Shown here piece by piece: positions 21,542-34,993 of a stretch of 64,000 nt of DNA; within the stretch, counting starts at the first letter, position 1; each line of letters begins with the position of its first letter. The DNA lies in assembly GCA_001687465.1 (NCBI GenBank), contig LVLI01000256.1, forward strand, positions 1 to 64,000, read 5' to 3'. Position numbers and translations under genes: made by a program. The notes under the pieces are model-generated. The model was not told where the DNA came from and did no database searches. It saw nothing but the letters and a program-made list of their open reading frames with translations. Source of the stretch: Halocafeteria seosinensis. Lineage: Eukaryota.

Positions 21542-24500
21542 TTACTTGGCTTGTCTCTTCCGTTTGCGGTTCAATTTAGATTGAAGGTCCCATTGCGAGG
21601 CTTTATCTTCAGTCGTTTGGTCGTCATGGGCGAAATCACTTACAGAAACTTGGCGAGCTAGGGGTTGTTTGCTTCGGGTGCGAGAGTCCTCTCGTTTCTT
21701 TGCGTCCCAATCAACTATAGCAGCCGAGGCATGGCTTGTCGTATCAACGGAGCTACTTTCTAGCTTCCCGAATTGCTCCAGTATCTTTCGATTTGCAGCA
21801 ACGATACCTTTCCTGATCTGTCGCTTCTTGCTTTCCGAAAGCGGAGATATACCAGCTTTCGTAGATGGGGTCGAGCGAAATTCGTATAGATGGGGTGTCT
21901 TGCGTAACCTCTCGTTGTAGAGATGGTCTAGCTGTGCGTTAAAAGTATAAATGTCCTGTTGTAATTGATCGACCTGCTCGGTCGCGTCGAGCTCTAGTCC
22001 GACCTTCAGTAATTCATCCTTCTTCTGTTTCCATTTGGATACAGCCGGATTATCGAAACATTTGTTAATGCTGTACTGACACTCCGGGACCGAGTTGAAT
22101 TCTACTCTCTTATCCTTCGGTTTGATAAATAATTGAGCATCTTTGACCTGTTGTTGATAGGATGGAAAGAACATTTTTCGGAGAGACATGTACCCGATCA
22201 CAGGCAAAAGAGCAGCCGTCGGGATTAGCACTTGCACGAACCAAAATGTACTGCTTCCAAACAAACGCTGCATCCCACCTCTCATACCATCCGCGTCCAA
22301 ATAGTCAAATATAAAGGCACACAACGGCCACACTGCGACAGAGAGAAAGAGGATAAGCTGAAAGGTCCAGTAGTGAAACGATGTATGTCCAGCCAATCTC
22401 AGCGAAGCTATGGTGACAACAGCAGTGAATACGACCGTTCCCAGCTCAAAAATGCTCGGGGTATATCCGTCTGGGTCGGGCGAGAAATATGACTCCTCTG
22501 TGAAGAAGTACGTGACAAGACTCTCGTAGATCGCCGAGAGGATCCAAATTCCGAAGATATAAATGTTGAGCAAATTGCCAGACTGACTGGTATGATACAG
22601 ACGAGGGAATAGCTGCGCGTTTTCAGCGTCTATGTCTTGATCCATCACAGCAACTAGGAGAATGGGCAGTCCCGTATAGATTAGATTAAACGTCTGTGTC
22701 GCTAGTTCAATGTAAAACTTTTGCCCGCTCCATCCCGTAAACATTGAATACCAGAATTGCGTCAGAGCGAACAAAGCATTCTTATAAAACATGTATGCGA
22801 TTAGGGTAGCCATTCGAATGTAATTCCAGCGTCCATGTACAAGTACAAGCCGCTTCAGGACTTTGAACTGGGGAATTTTGTAATCACTACTGTTGGCCGC
22901 GCCACTGCCTTCTGCGCCAAGGATTCCAACGCCAACATTAGAAGCATTTATCATATCCACATCATTTGCCCCATCACCAATTGCTAAGCATTTTGCGCCT
23001 TTAACATTCTCTTTTATAAGTCTGAGCATTCTTTCTTTTTGCTTCGGACGACATCTGCAGCAGATCACGGCCGAACATTTCTCTGTAACAAAGGATAAGT
23101 CTCGACTCAACACGGGATCATCAAGTAGTATTTGCAGCGCATCCTTGTCTACCACCAATGCTTGTGGAGCATCATGGACTTCTTCTGTAAGCTTTAACCG
23201 TAACTCGAATATCCGTTTTTCTACCATAGCTTTCCCTGTAAGCTGTGCATCCGGGTTCTGGGCTTGAATGTCACCAGGGTAGTTGTATAAATCACCGACG
23301 TCTTCCGGTACGAGTCCATCTCTCTGGAACTCTCCAAGTGTCAGTATGTGGCGATCGTGAGAAGATGTTAGCATATTCACACCATACCCAATGTTGATAG
23401 CAGTCTCCTCTTTGTCGCCTGTGAGCATGTAGATCTTGATATTGGCCTGTGTCAATGTCGCGATAGTCTCCGCAACCTCATCTTGCAAACGATCTTCGAT
23501 CGCTGTCGCACCTTGCAGACTCATGTCTTTCTCCATTTTCTCCATGCATTTGGCCATTTGTTTAGTTTTCTCTGAGTCATCGTGGATACTGCGGGCGTCC
23601 GACCACTCCTGCAACCATGTATCAACAGTGCCTTGGTCCAATTCCTTCATTGCGAAAGCCATTGCACGCAGGCCATCAGCCCCAAACTCTTTGATATGGC
23701 GGTCCGTTTCGGCCCGCAGCCACCGCTCCTTCGCTGTGGTCTTGTTGTCTTGGGAAGGACTATCAGGTAGAGGATACAATTTCTCCAAAATGGCATTGTC
23801 GGCACCCTTGGAAAAGAGGAGGAACTTTTTAGAGTGATTCGAAGCAACGTTCAAATCTTCCACGATCACGCTCATCATTCCTCGAGCAGAGGAGAACGGA
23901 AGCAACGCATGGAGCCGGAATTGCAACGTCTTGCTTTCCCCACTCTGGGGATCCGTGTAGCGTAGGACACGAACATCTGCATCTTCGCGAACGAATTCGT
24001 AACCAAAAAACTTAACTGCGTACGCAAATGATTCTTCATCCGGAGAGGCAGAGCTATACTTCACACTGCCTGATGTCGGCTCGATTTCTACCGTATGGTC
24101 TAGTGCGAGATTGTACATAAAGTAGGTAATGTCCTCGGCTGTGTCTTTCTGTTTCTGTGCTTCTTCGAACGTCGGCTTGATTGCTGGGTCCTCGTAGAAT
24201 TTAACTTTTTCCACTGGACACTCCATGGAGTCCGCCTTTTCGAGGAGTTCTTCGAGCTCCCGAACGTGTTGTATATCAGCTTCGCCTTCAGCTTTTGCCC
24301 GAGATGTTATCACTCCGATTTGGGTTGTTGCTTGACCATAAATGCGACCGGCAATTGACATTTGGCGGAACTGGAAGTCATTGCATGTTAGTGTTCCCGT
24401 TTTATCACTAAAAATGTGCGTGATTTGTCCCAATTCATCGTTTAGATCCATTGTCCGTACTTCGGTAGCTAAGATAGACGGATCCTCCCCATGAATTACT

Positions 24501-25972
24501 GTCTCTGGTTTTGAGCCCTTCACATCCAAAGTGATATCTGAAGCCGAATCTCTGAATGCTGGATTATGAACTTCCGTGTTGGAACGGTCCGCATGCTGGG
24601 ACAACATTTTCCGGCCTGTTCGACAGGACATGTAGTCTAGAATTGATTCTGGCACCCATCGGACACCCTTTGGGGTCAGCGCCATTTGAGGATCCCTATC
24701 CATCATGTACTTCTGAGCTTGACGAGAGATCTTGATGCTCACATAAAGCGAAATAGGAACGAGTTGAGACATCAGTAGGAAAAAAGTGAAGAACTTTAGG
24801 AAAAAGTTTCCTGCGTCGACACTTGGTAGTTCCAAATACGAATGTGATTCTGAATTAGAGCTCTCCCAGACAATATTCATGGCAGCACCCAACGAGCAAA
24901 TCACAAACTGGAAGGAAAACATCCCTAGTACGAAGTAATCAATATTTCCAGAAAGGGATGCAAACTTCTCAAGGGTGGAGACACCACCCCCGAAATTAAT
25001 TTTGGTCTCATAACCTGTGTAGACAGCAAGTCCATAAATGTACGAGCAATTTCGGAGTTCCGTACTTCGCAAAAGAAGGTTGTCTTTCTCTAAAAATTCT
25101 CCAGGGCCACTGTCGTCAATGAACAGCTTTCCACTAAATCTATCAAGATCCCCATTTGGCGCTTCACAATCCACATGTCCTTTAAACTGGCACCATACAC
25201 GATCGTTTTCTTCTTCTGATTCTCGGGCAACAAGAATAGTATTGCCTTCTTCATCCTCTCCTTTATCTATTCCAAGCTTGTCTGCTGCACTGGGAATCGC
25301 TTTCCTCATTTTTAAGTTGTTCTCACCGTCCAAGTCTTTGGTATTTACGTGGCATCGCCTGTGCTTATTCCCTAACTGAGTATCTCCGTGAACCGCTCCT
25401 AAACACAGCATGTCACACGGAAATCGCTCCTCTCTTCTCACTTTCACGATGTCTCCTACACGGACATCTCTCCAAGAGATACCCAAATGCACCTTACCAT
25501 CGCGAATTAGATCAACCTTGCTGTAGATGTTGACGTATCGGTCTGCGACGTGCCTGTTGTAGTCCTGGATAGCAGTGAAAAAGCCATCCACGAATAGCAC
25601 GAAAGCCAATGGGGCTGCCGTCGTAGGAATACCTCCTGTGATAGATATTGCGGGGATAGACTGCAGTATGCAGATTAAAAGGAAATACTGGTTGGCCACT
25701 TCGTATCGAAATTTGCTCCAGAGAAATTTGAAGAGGAAGTTGAGCACGGTGTATTTACTGGTAACCACTTCATTGTCGGGAAACCCAACGTTCTTGGACG
25801 ACTTATTCGCATGAATATACCTGCGGTCTGCCTGATTCTGCGAGTCGGATTCTTCGGAGTTTCCTCCTTCGTGGAGTGCGTCCACAGAGGAGGCGTGGGG
25901 AGAATCGTCTTGGTCACTATACACAGGGTTCATAGTGTCAACGCGTTTTTCATCAGAATCCACCCTCTGCAT
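21542..25972 (-). CDS. P4-type ATPase (phospholipid flippase), intronless
   Basis: 1476 aa; TSKY, LDGENNLK, PISLYVS, FSDKTGTLT, SPDE, KGAD, LTGDK, IGDGANDV, HGRWNY. Confidence 0.96.
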   Translation of the reverse strand: MQRVDSDEKRVDTMNPVYSDQDDSPHASSVDALHEGGNSEESDSQNQADRRYIHANKSSKNVGFPDNEVVTSKYTVLNFLFKFLWSKFRYEVANQYFLLICILQSIPAISITGGIPTTAAPLAFVLFVDGFFTAIQDYNRHVADRYVNIYSKVDLIRDGKVHLGISWRDVRVGDIVKVRREERFPCDMLCLGAVHGDTQLGNKHRRCHVNTKDLDGENNLKMRKAIPSAADKLGIDKGEDEEGNTILVARESEEENDRVWCQFKGHVDCEAPNGDLDRFSGKLFIDDSGPGEFLEKDNLLLRSTELRNCSYIYGLAVYTGYETKINFGGGVSTLEKFASLSGNIDYFVLGMFSFQFVICSLGAAMNIVWESSNSESHSYLELPSVDAGNFFLKFFTFFLLMSQLVPISLYVSIKISRQAQKYMMDRDPQMALTPKGVRWVPESILDYMSCRTGRKMLSQHADRSNTEVHNPAFRDSASDITLDVKGSKPETVIHGEDPSILATEVRTMDLNDELGQITHIFSDKTGTLTCNDFQFRQMSIAGRIYGQATTQIGVITSRAKAEGEADIQHVRELEELLEKADSMECPVEKVKFYEDPAIKPTFEEAQKQKDTAEDITYFMYNLALDHTVEIEPTSGSVKYSSASPDEESFAYAVKFFGYEFVREDADVRVLRYTDPQSGESKTLQFRLHALLPFSSARGMMSVIVEDLNVASNHSKKFLLFSKGADNAILEKLYPLPDSPSQDNKTTAKERWLRAETDRHIKEFGADGLRAMAFAMKELDQGTVDTWLQEWSDARSIHDDSEKTKQMAKCMEKMEKDMSLQGATAIEDRLQDEVAETIATLTQANIKIYMLTGDKEETAINIGYGVNMLTSSHDRHILTLGEFQRDGLVPEDVGDLYNYPGDIQAQNPDAQLTGKAMVEKRIFELRLKLTEEVHDAPQALVVDKDALQILLDDPVLSRDLSFVTEKCSAVICCRCRPKQKERMLRLIKENVKGAKCLAIGDGANDVDMINASNVGVGILGAEGSGAANSSDYKIPQFKVLKRLVLVHGRWNYIRMATLIAYMFYKNALFALTQFWYSMFTGWSGQKFYIELATQTFNLIYTGLPILLVAVMDQDIDAENAQLFPRLYHTSQSGNLLNIYIFGIWILSAIYESLVTYFFTEESYFSPDPDGYTPSIFELGTVVFTAVVTIASLRLAGHTSFHYWTFQLILFLSVAVWPLCAFIFDYLDADGMRGGMQRLFGSSTFWFVQVLIPTAALLPVIGYMSLRKMFFPSYQQQVKDAQLFIKPKDKRVEFNSVPECQYSINKCFDNPAVSKWKQKKDELLKVGLELDATEQVDQLQQDIYTFNAQLDHLYNERLRKTPHLYEFRSTPSTKAGISPLSESKKRQIRKGIVAANRKILEQFGKLESSSVDTTSHASAAIVDWDAKKREDSRTRSKQPLARQVSVSDFAHDDQTTEDKASQWDLQSKLNRKRKRQAK

Positions 25973-26617
25973 TATTTAACGCTCTGAGGACCCTCAATAC
26001 ACTGCTTGACGTGTTCTGCACGTATCCAGCTCCGGCGAAATGTCCCGGAAGATATACACTCCACCTGGTTCCAAGTTCCACCGTGTCCTCGAAATTCGCT
26101 GTTGCAGACACGATGCGTCCGTTTGTACTCAAGCAGAGACGACTAGATGAAAATCTGCCCTGTGGCGTCCGTATGAGACAGGTGCAAACAGGAATGGTTG
26201 TAACGTGAATAAACGAATCTCGGCGCCGAGGAGACGTACCGCCACCAGTTCTTCGTCACTCTCACGGCGCTTTCTGCTCCCGTTTTCCACAGGCCAGGCC
26301 TTGAGCGCACACGAACGATAACTCAATTGCAAAAGAGATGGCTAGTAAGGGACAACACCATCGCAATCAACAGATGTTGGGTTGAATGCCTGGAGACTGG
26401 CAGTGGCGGACCGTGCAATCAATAGTGTTACTTTGACATCCCTTTCATCTCAGATGCATGCGCTTCCAGAGAGACGACGGAGTGCAATTTTGACGATGAT
26501 GGTGCATGTACATGGGATACTTACACTGCCGCAGAGGAATCTGTACTTCATTACGGTAGAGTGGAGCTAGAAGGGAGTGAATGATCGAGTTGTGAGGCTG
26601 GGTCTGGGAATACTCTC

Positions 26618-29114
26618 ATGCAGGCGTATGACGAGTTTGACTGTGGGAATGGGGCTTCTCCTCATTCCCATGCCAGTGGTTATGATAGCACTAGTAGTGA
26701 TGACAGTGCATCTGGGCGTCAATCCCACATTGAGCCCTCTATACAGCAGCATACAACGATTTGTGAAGCTGGCCAAAATGGCGTTAGGTCTGATCAAGGT
26801 GTTCATGGCTCTTCACGACAAGGAGAGCATAATGGACGAGAAAGCAATACCGAGAAGAGTCCCAAGGATCTGAACCACGTGCTGCGCTCGTTGAAAAGAT
26901 CTCGGAAAAAGGTACGAATTCCCGGTATTGGGGAATTCCACGGGAGTGCGTTCCGAGCCAGTGATTTACGCAAGCATGGCGTCGTAATACCTTTTGAGGG
27001 CATGAAATGGGTTCCCCATGGCACCGGGAGCTCCCTGGATGATAGGAGTAGCAGTGAATACGAGGGCCAGTGGCGCCTCGGAAAGTACGTGCACCTCGTA
27101 AATATATAATTCCCAACTTCTGTCATGTGTCTTGTCGCTGTCACCAGAATGCACGGAAAAGGAACTCGGCATTTTTTTACTGGGGATGTTTACGATGGAG
27201 AATTTCAAGAGGGATTAAGGCATGGCAGGTAAGGGTGCTGCTCCGGTCCCCACTAAGCAGGTGCAGTACATACACTGGCTGTATTTGCACAGAGGGACGT
27301 ACTTGTTTATGAATAGCGGCGATAAATATGTAGGCGAATGGCAGAAAGGCTTAATGCATGGAAATGGTACCTTTTATTTTGCTTGCGGGGACGTATATGA
27401 TGGGCAATGGAATCACGGCAAAATGAGCGGAAGTGCTACCAAGAAACTAGCAAACGGGGATGAGGTGGTGTCTGACCAGTGGTGTGATGGACTTGTTCAT
27501 GGTTATGGTACGTAAGCATACGCTCATAAAGATCTTATGCAAGGAGCAATATGAGCTAATTGATCATGCAGCAAGGAAAATATTCTGTCGTGGAGATACG
27601 TATGAAGGCTATTTTTCTCAGGATGATCGTGAGGGATTTGGGAAATACACGTGGGCTCATGGTGAATGTAAGTGTACTTTTCGGATGTGTGGACAGAATG
27701 CCCGGACTTGAATATAACATATTGATTATGGGAAACAGCCGTGGAAGGTGAATGGAAAGGCGGTAGGTTATGTGGCTCGGCTTGTAAGCGCCTACCAAAT
27801 GGAGCAGTATACAGAGGCCATTTCCTCGATGATAAGATGGAAGGTCAAGGAATCCAAGAATATAACAATGGTGACTTCTACTCCGGTGAACTGTACGAAA
27901 ACAAGCGCCACGGCTTTGGGCATTATATGTTTGCCGATGGAAGCTCGTATAGCGGTACATGGAAACATGGGCGGATGCACGGAAGAGGTGAGTAAGACAC
28001 TTAGAAATGCATTGTGGTTTGCTCGTTTGCAGTCATCTCGTATTCAATTGCACAGGATTGAAGGAAGATCTTGCGAACGAGACTACATACTTTGGGGAAT
28101 GGGACCATGGGACTCCAACGTAGGTGCCTACGTTGTGCTTGTCATGAGTATTGTAGACTTACCTCTTCCCATTTTCGCAGCGGTCGCGGTACTCAAACCT
28201 ACGAGCGCGTGGGGGACAAGTACATTGGTGAATTTGTCGGTGGAGCCAGGCATGGGAATGGGGTATATATTTGGCGGGACAGCCCAAGGCTGAAGGGGGT
28301 GAGTCCGTGCATCTCTAGAAGGTCGTTGTGTCGGTCGCAGTGATGAAATCATCCCACGCAGAGTTGGAACTCTGGTCGCCCTCACGGACATTGCAAAATA
28401 TCATCTGTTTCGGGACTGGTTGAGAGAGGTTACTGGCGTCATGGTGTGAAGACAGGTACGTTGATATTTTTAAGTCGCTCATACCAGCGTGAGAACTTGC
28501 AAAGTATTCAAGGTGTGGTCACAGGGTGGTTTCGATACTCGTTTCGCACCAAGCGACTTGACAGAGCAATGCAAGAAGATGAAGCACCACCCGCAGGAAT
28601 CTCCTACTTTGTCTTGAGTGCTTACCGTCTTCTTCGAGAGCAGGATGCTTTGCTTGAAATATATTATGGAAAGGGTGACCCTACCCAGTGGAGATTGGTG
28701 TCTAGGTCGTCTGTAGAAAATAGCTTGGCGCCACCATCTCTGGATGCTCCTTCGGACACCCCTACTTTCGCTTCTGCTCGAGGCTTACTCGACTGGGAAG
28801 TATGGGAGTCTCAAGCGAGCTCGGTCGCAGGTGGCGTTATGCACCAACTGCCACCTCAGACAGACGACACACTAGACAATAGTGTCGCAGTTGCCGCGTC
28901 AACCGGCTCTCCACTGTTTGGTTCACATCAACCTACGGGAGACATGCCTCCTCCATTGAGCCTCTCTGCAGCGTCTGATGCTCCCGGACAAAGGGAGAAC
29001 TCCGAAATTGGAGAGGGCGATTTTATTCCCCTCAGAGCTCCTTTACTATTGCAGTCTCCTCCCCTCCCTTCAAAAGATCAGTTAGTCGCCGCAATTTCTG
29101 AAAAGTTTCGATGA
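26618..29114 (+). CDS. MORN-repeat protein (multi-exon; start uncertain)
   Basis: Many YxGxWxxGxMHGxG repeats across exons 27050-28450; low-complexity N- and C-termini. Confidence 0.85.
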
Positions 29115-29740
29115 AATACGTACGAGACAGTGGGAGCACCAGGTGCATAGATTTTTCTGCTTGTAGGCCCCAAAGCTGCCCAAGCGTTCTGTAGCCTCAA
29201 ACTGCAGGAACACAAGCGGGACACAAGTAATGTTCTCGCAGAGTAGTGACTGTGTAGAATTTTTTTGTGGCTCGTTCCGTTGCATTGCGGTAGCGGCCAT
29301 CGAGCACAATAGTACCTAATGATTAACATTTTTACAGAACGTGGCACTGTATGCATCCACTCCGTGACTATGGAGCAAGCCGTTAATTGTTACGTGTCAC
29401 ACATGTCCAATGTGTCACGTTCAATTGTGATTCTCCACTAACGGCACCAAACGGCAGTAGGTCGCAACATTGTATGGAGCGATATTGACGTCCACAGGGA
29501 CCCATACAGTGTCATACACTCTTATTACGGGCGGATTGGATGATTATGTTTATGCACAATTTTATCTAAGTAACTACAGGCGACAGCGTTCAGTGTATGG
29601 GAGAATAGGGCGTCAACAATCTAAAAACTGCGACCGATCAGATGGCAATTACCTCGCTAGAGGCTGTATAATAAGTGGTAGGATGCGTTTCCGTTCGCTG
29701 AGGAGTATATAGCCCATCCGTCCGTCATCTTGGTGGAACT

Positions 29741-32700
29741 ATGTCGAAATCGTCAACGGAGGAGCAGAAGCTCGAGTTTCTGCTGCCATTCTGGAAGCAG
29801 AGGTGGGTGCGCAATTCCATTCATTGCATACATGTACGAACAATAGCTCACAGGGAGGTATTTTACTATCCACATGCCGTGCGTGCAGTTTCGATACGCC
29901 CCTCTCACAGGAGGAAAAGTTTGGCCTAGCAGGGAAATATCGGTTTCGGAAACAAAAGCTCGATGCTCGTCGTGCGTTGGAATTAGATGTGTACGATGCC
30001 AAGGTGGGTACACCAAATATGTTACTTATCCCGTGTGAATGACCCTTTCGAGTCATTCAATTCTTGTCTTGCAGGCTGCCAAGAAATGCTTAGAATACTA
30101 CTCGCTACCCGACACTGTGGATGGACTCTTCCGTCTCTATCTCATATCGGTTGCAAACGAATGGAACTACCCTGAAATACTTCGCCGAAGTGGAGTGAGT
30201 TCTAAATCCGCCTTGCGGCTGTATGATGTATTTGGGAAGCTCAGTACGGTTGAGAACTTACTGGATATACTAGAACAGGCTGTGGGCGGGCGAAGAGAAT
30301 ACCATCGGCTAATTAAGAAGGGCAACAGAGTTGGTACCGCTGATGAGTCAGGAAGGCGTACGGCGCGTAGTGTTACCACCATAGAACGGGAGTTTAAATC
30401 CGACATGGACCTGTCATTAGGTGATGAAAAAGAAATGGAAGCGAACAAAACAGCCTACTCTCTTGCACAGGAGCAGTCGCTTCCCGTAGTTACAGTGGAG
30501 GAACAATCCTCAGCTTTTCTTTTTGAGCCTTCTTCCACGGCTCGCTACGACTTGAAACCCGAAGTATCCCAAGCACAAACTAAAGAAAAACGGTCTTATC
30601 GGGAAGCGGAAGAGGATATACCGCAGTTATACAATGCGGGCATACCTGCGGTTAACGCCCAGAGGTTAAAATATCAGGACTTGTTTGAAGCGAAGTTAAT
30701 TGATGAGGCTGTGATGGACTCAAAGTACAGCACTTATGCCGAAAATGTAGACGATGAACTAGGGGAAGATGAAGACGATGAACGTCCTACTTCGAGATCA
30801 GATCCTCGCCGCAGGCAGCTTGGACTCTCGCGTTCGCATGAGTTGGCACGATGGAATGCTGCACGCTTCGGGAAGAATTTCTTTTCTCTTTTGTCCCTAA
30901 ATAAGAAAGACATTGAATCGAATCAGTCGTCTACAGCGGCCGAAGCGCATCGAATAAATGAGTTGACCAAGACTTTGGTAGCATCTAAGCGGATTCTTCG
31001 AAACCAAGAGCAGCCTATCGAAGCAATTAGCAGAGAAAAGTACTTGAATGTATGCGAAGAAACGTTCACCATTCCTCTCCCTAGAGTGCTCTATGGACTG
31101 GGTACTTCGAGTATCGTGATGAGGGGTTGGAGTTTGACGGACTCTGATGTGTATGCTCTCACGGAAGCTCTTGCTTTAAACGCAACTGTCGAACACCTCG
31201 ACCTTGGAGATAATCAAATCTCTGAAGAAGGTGCATCCTATATAGCATCGGCTATTGAGAGGAATGCTCAGCAGGGTTGCAAACTTCAGCGGCTAAATGT
31301 GTCCAAAAACCATTTGTGTACCAAAGGGGGACGGTATATCATTGACGCCGTTTCGAAACACGGTGGCATTGAAACTCTCGATATATCCGATAATCAAATG
31401 GAGGACGGTATCAGCTCTTCACTCCGGACGTTACTGTCATTAAAGGCGGCCAATCATCTGATATCACTAGATTTGAGCGGACAGAAACTGAGGGATGGAT
31501 CTTTAGCAGCTATTAGCGATTGGTTATCTTCCAAGGGGGCGTCTTTCATTTCGACTCTCCGTTTAGGATGGAACATGTTTTCAAAGGCTTCTTTGGCCTC
31601 TTTCTTTTATGTTGTCTCCACTAACAGCGCATTGAAGCGTCTTTATTTCGGTACGAATAAGTTGCGATTTTGTCATTTTTGACTTGTGCTCAGACTGAAT
31701 TGTGTCTACAGATTGGAATAACTTTGGCGAAGAGGCAGGAATTGCGGTCGCATATTGTTTGCTTTACAATAAGGTTATTGAGGAAATGAGTTTAAGCAAT
31801 TGCCGAATATCAGGTATAGCCGGAGTGTTGATTGCTGACGCGCTACGTTACAACGAGAAACTCGAAATCTTAGACCTCAACAGTAACCCGATTGGAAGCT
31901 ATGCTGGTAAGCGGTCTGGTGTATCTGCTTAGTGATTGAAGCTTCAGGTAATCTTCGCCTGTGCTCATTTGACAGCATCGATAGTATTAGATTCTATTGG
32001 CGCTAACGGATATCGTGTGACGAACATTGGCCTTACTAATACGGAAGCCTCTGACACAGCCCGGAAACATGTCGTCGTGCACGATAACAAGGTGTGTACA
32101 CAAATTCCTTTGAATTTAATCCCCTGCATTATACGTGTATTGGCGTTGCAAACCAAAAACCTGAGTCCATGCTCTCGCAGAATGCGAGATATCCTTTCCG
32201 GAGTACCCTGCCTTCTCCTCACGATGTGGAAGTTGTAGAAGTTGGTCCTCGACCTGAATGGAGCACTGGAGTTTCTCATGATATCAGTTTTCCCGATGGT
32301 AAGGATTATATCCCCCACCTAACGGCTCTGGCTTTCATCTACCCCTACAAGTACTGGGCTGCTTTACCGCACAGGACACTATGCTCTCCAATTGGATCGA
32401 CCTCGGGACCATATCGTTGCTAACCTATTACTTATGCGGGTAAAAACAGGCAGCGGGGTATGGAATGATCCTAAATTACGGAATCGGTTTGTACTGAAGC
32501 AAGGGCAGCGAGAAATGGATAAATACAGCATCCCAGATTCCAGTACGTTAAAACATTGCTACTGGAAAGGTGTTCGAACAGTTCCCAGACTGCTTATGAG
32601 GATGCAGTTAACAAGAGCGTAATGGCCAAACTAAAGTCTCCCAAATTCCTTCAATTTGAGTTTGTCTCTAAGAGAGTTTCCAAACCCTCAAGCGCTTTGG

Positions 32701-34988
32701 GAGGTTCGCGGAGATCGTCACAGGCCAAAATGGACGTGGGTGAAACTCCTGAAGTGGAAGTTGGTGAAGAAGAGCAAACGTCTTATCGTTCCGAAGAGGG
32801 GACGGCCGATGAGAAGGTTTCTGCTCACCTTTCCGACTGCGAAGAACAATATGGTGACGAGCTTCCAAGCTCTTGCCTCCGAATTCTTCTAGAGGGTGGA
32901 CATAAGGACCATAAATGCTTAGCGCGAGCTTTGAAATCTTTGGAGATCGTGGTATGTGAAGAATGCTTGTAGGTAGCAAGTATCTCGACGTAAATAAATG
33001 GTGCATCAATGACGTGGTATCCCAGGGCCTAGGTAGCTTGCAGAGGGTTCGACTAAACTCTGGTGTGTTGACCCAGCCGCTGGAAGTAACCGACCTTGCA
33101 GAGGCAAATTCATGGGACGAAGTACGTCCGGGATTTAACGTTTCAAATTCTTCATGTGGCACGCGTGCTACGTGTTTGCAGATACTGAGGGTTCTCGAAG
33201 AAGACGGCACTTTAACAGCCATTGAATATACATCAACAGTGTTGTCGCTCTGCGCAACATTGCGTTTTAGTTTGTCGAAAGAATCTGTAAGTTGCATTCA
33301 CACTGGTAGCGGATGTGTGTCCAGTTCGCTTAATTTTGTCTGAATTAAGCAGGAGCAATCGTCGTTGTTACACGTATTAGAGGACGGTGACCGTCTCACT
33401 ACGGCTGGGAGCCAGGGGGCACCTTGGAGAAAACTTAAGCACAACGGGAAAACTATCTCGCTACACACCTGGAGAGCCGCAGGGTCACTTAAATCCTCTT
33501 CAAATTGGAAGATTCCTTCCCAAGGTGTGGTTCAAATGGATTACGTATGCCAAGTATGTCGTATTATGGATGCAAGCGTAAGTTAGTTGGTTGCTAGAAA
33601 TCCAAGCGTCCTGGTTTTCATCCGCTAGTGCCATACCTCGACAACAGGTACATCTTCTCGATCTGAGGAATTCTGTACATTCAACCTTACTCTCCAAAAT
33701 GAGGGAGGAAACGCGCATGAACATAGGGTATTTCATAATAGAACTGGAGGAGGAGGTTGACGACATTTCTACCGAAGGGATATTCACGTTGTTACACAGA
33801 GTACATGAGCAGTGCAGACTCGATGCGGAACTTCCTCCACTGAATGAAACCGCCGACACAGGGACATATAAAAGGGTACTCGAGGTGGTTATTTCACCAG
33901 CACCTCATGATGTGCCTTACCATTTTCAAGAGCTCCAACTTGATCTTGATCAACAGCATGATAAGGAGCTGTTCGAGTCCCTACGTCTTCGATCAAAGGG
34001 CTCAGCGTATGGTAGAAGCTTGAAGACTGAGCCTTCGACGCTGAAGAGCGCACTAAAGAAGGTTGAGCAGGAAAGGGCAGAGTTTGCGGAAGAGCAGTGG
34101 CGTGACGCGTTCCGGGTGTTCCACGATGTAAGCAACAAGAAGGCACAAGGCAGGGTGTCTCCCTTGGCGAGCAGCTCCAGCAGGCAACTTCGAGCCAATG
34201 AGGACTCCAGAGTAGAGTGGCTGTACAGCGAGCAAACTTCTGGAGAGGAGTTGGCGAAACGTTGGGGTAAATTTCATAAGCTAATCGTTGGAGATGCCTT
34301 AAAGCAGTATGAAGGTATATCCAAGATCTGGATAGACAATGTGCAGCTCCCGGTGCAAGCGTTGCACCTTCCTTCGTGGATAACGCCTGTAAAAGGGAGA
34401 GTACTCGTTAGGTACTGTTGGTGGGCTTCTTTAGAGCCAATTTCTAGCACTGCATTTTCGAATTTGTGCGAGCAGATACAGAACCAAACGACTGATGTGG
34501 ATCGTATGGGCCTACTAAGGACTGTGTGTGAAGATGAAAACCTGCTTGGTGAATTGAAAAGCCAGGCGTCGGAGAGCATGTACCGGCCGAGTGTAGGGAG
34601 TACTCTGTCCGAAAATGATGTAGTACGACCTCTCCATCAACAAATCATCAATTCCATACTACCTCCTGCTGCAGACGGTTCATTCTACTTTTCCTGGTAT
34701 GTGCAGCTTCATTCAACCCCTTGCATATAAGCATTTTCTGGCATATTTTTCTTTCTTTGCAGCACAATGATAAAACGTATCGTCTCATTGCTGTCGTTTT
34801 CACAAGGAAAAGCCAGCGCAGCATCTCTTCTCTGGAAGTTCGCCACAGATCCGCATCTGTTTGCAACGGTGGTGTGGATCGTTAATGAAGCGAAGAGCAA
34901 AGAAAATGCTCTTACGGAGTTTATATTCCAGAGGGAACAAGAACACCACGAAAGGAAATCGTCTTCGCAAGCCAAAGCTTCAGAATAA
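29741..34988 (+). CDS. Large RI-type LRR-containing protein (multi-exon)
   Basis: LRRs (LDLGDNQISEEGA, LNVSKNHL, LDISDNQM, LDLNSNPIG); ORF segments join in frame through canonical introns where traced, to TAA at 34986-34988. Confidence 0.75.
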
Positions 34989-34993
34989 TGTCG

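Noticed and set aside
29360..29430. Recurring GTCAC/GTGAC motif in intergenic regions as a promoter element
   Set aside because: Seen in several intergenic regions, but a 5-mer cannot be distinguished from background without an enrichment test
32094..32423. Apparent frameshift or in-frame stop (alternative code, Sec) in the LRR gene
   Set aside because: Resolved by canonical GT-AG introns (32092-32180 and the GTAAGG donor near 32299); no recoding is needed in any gene traced
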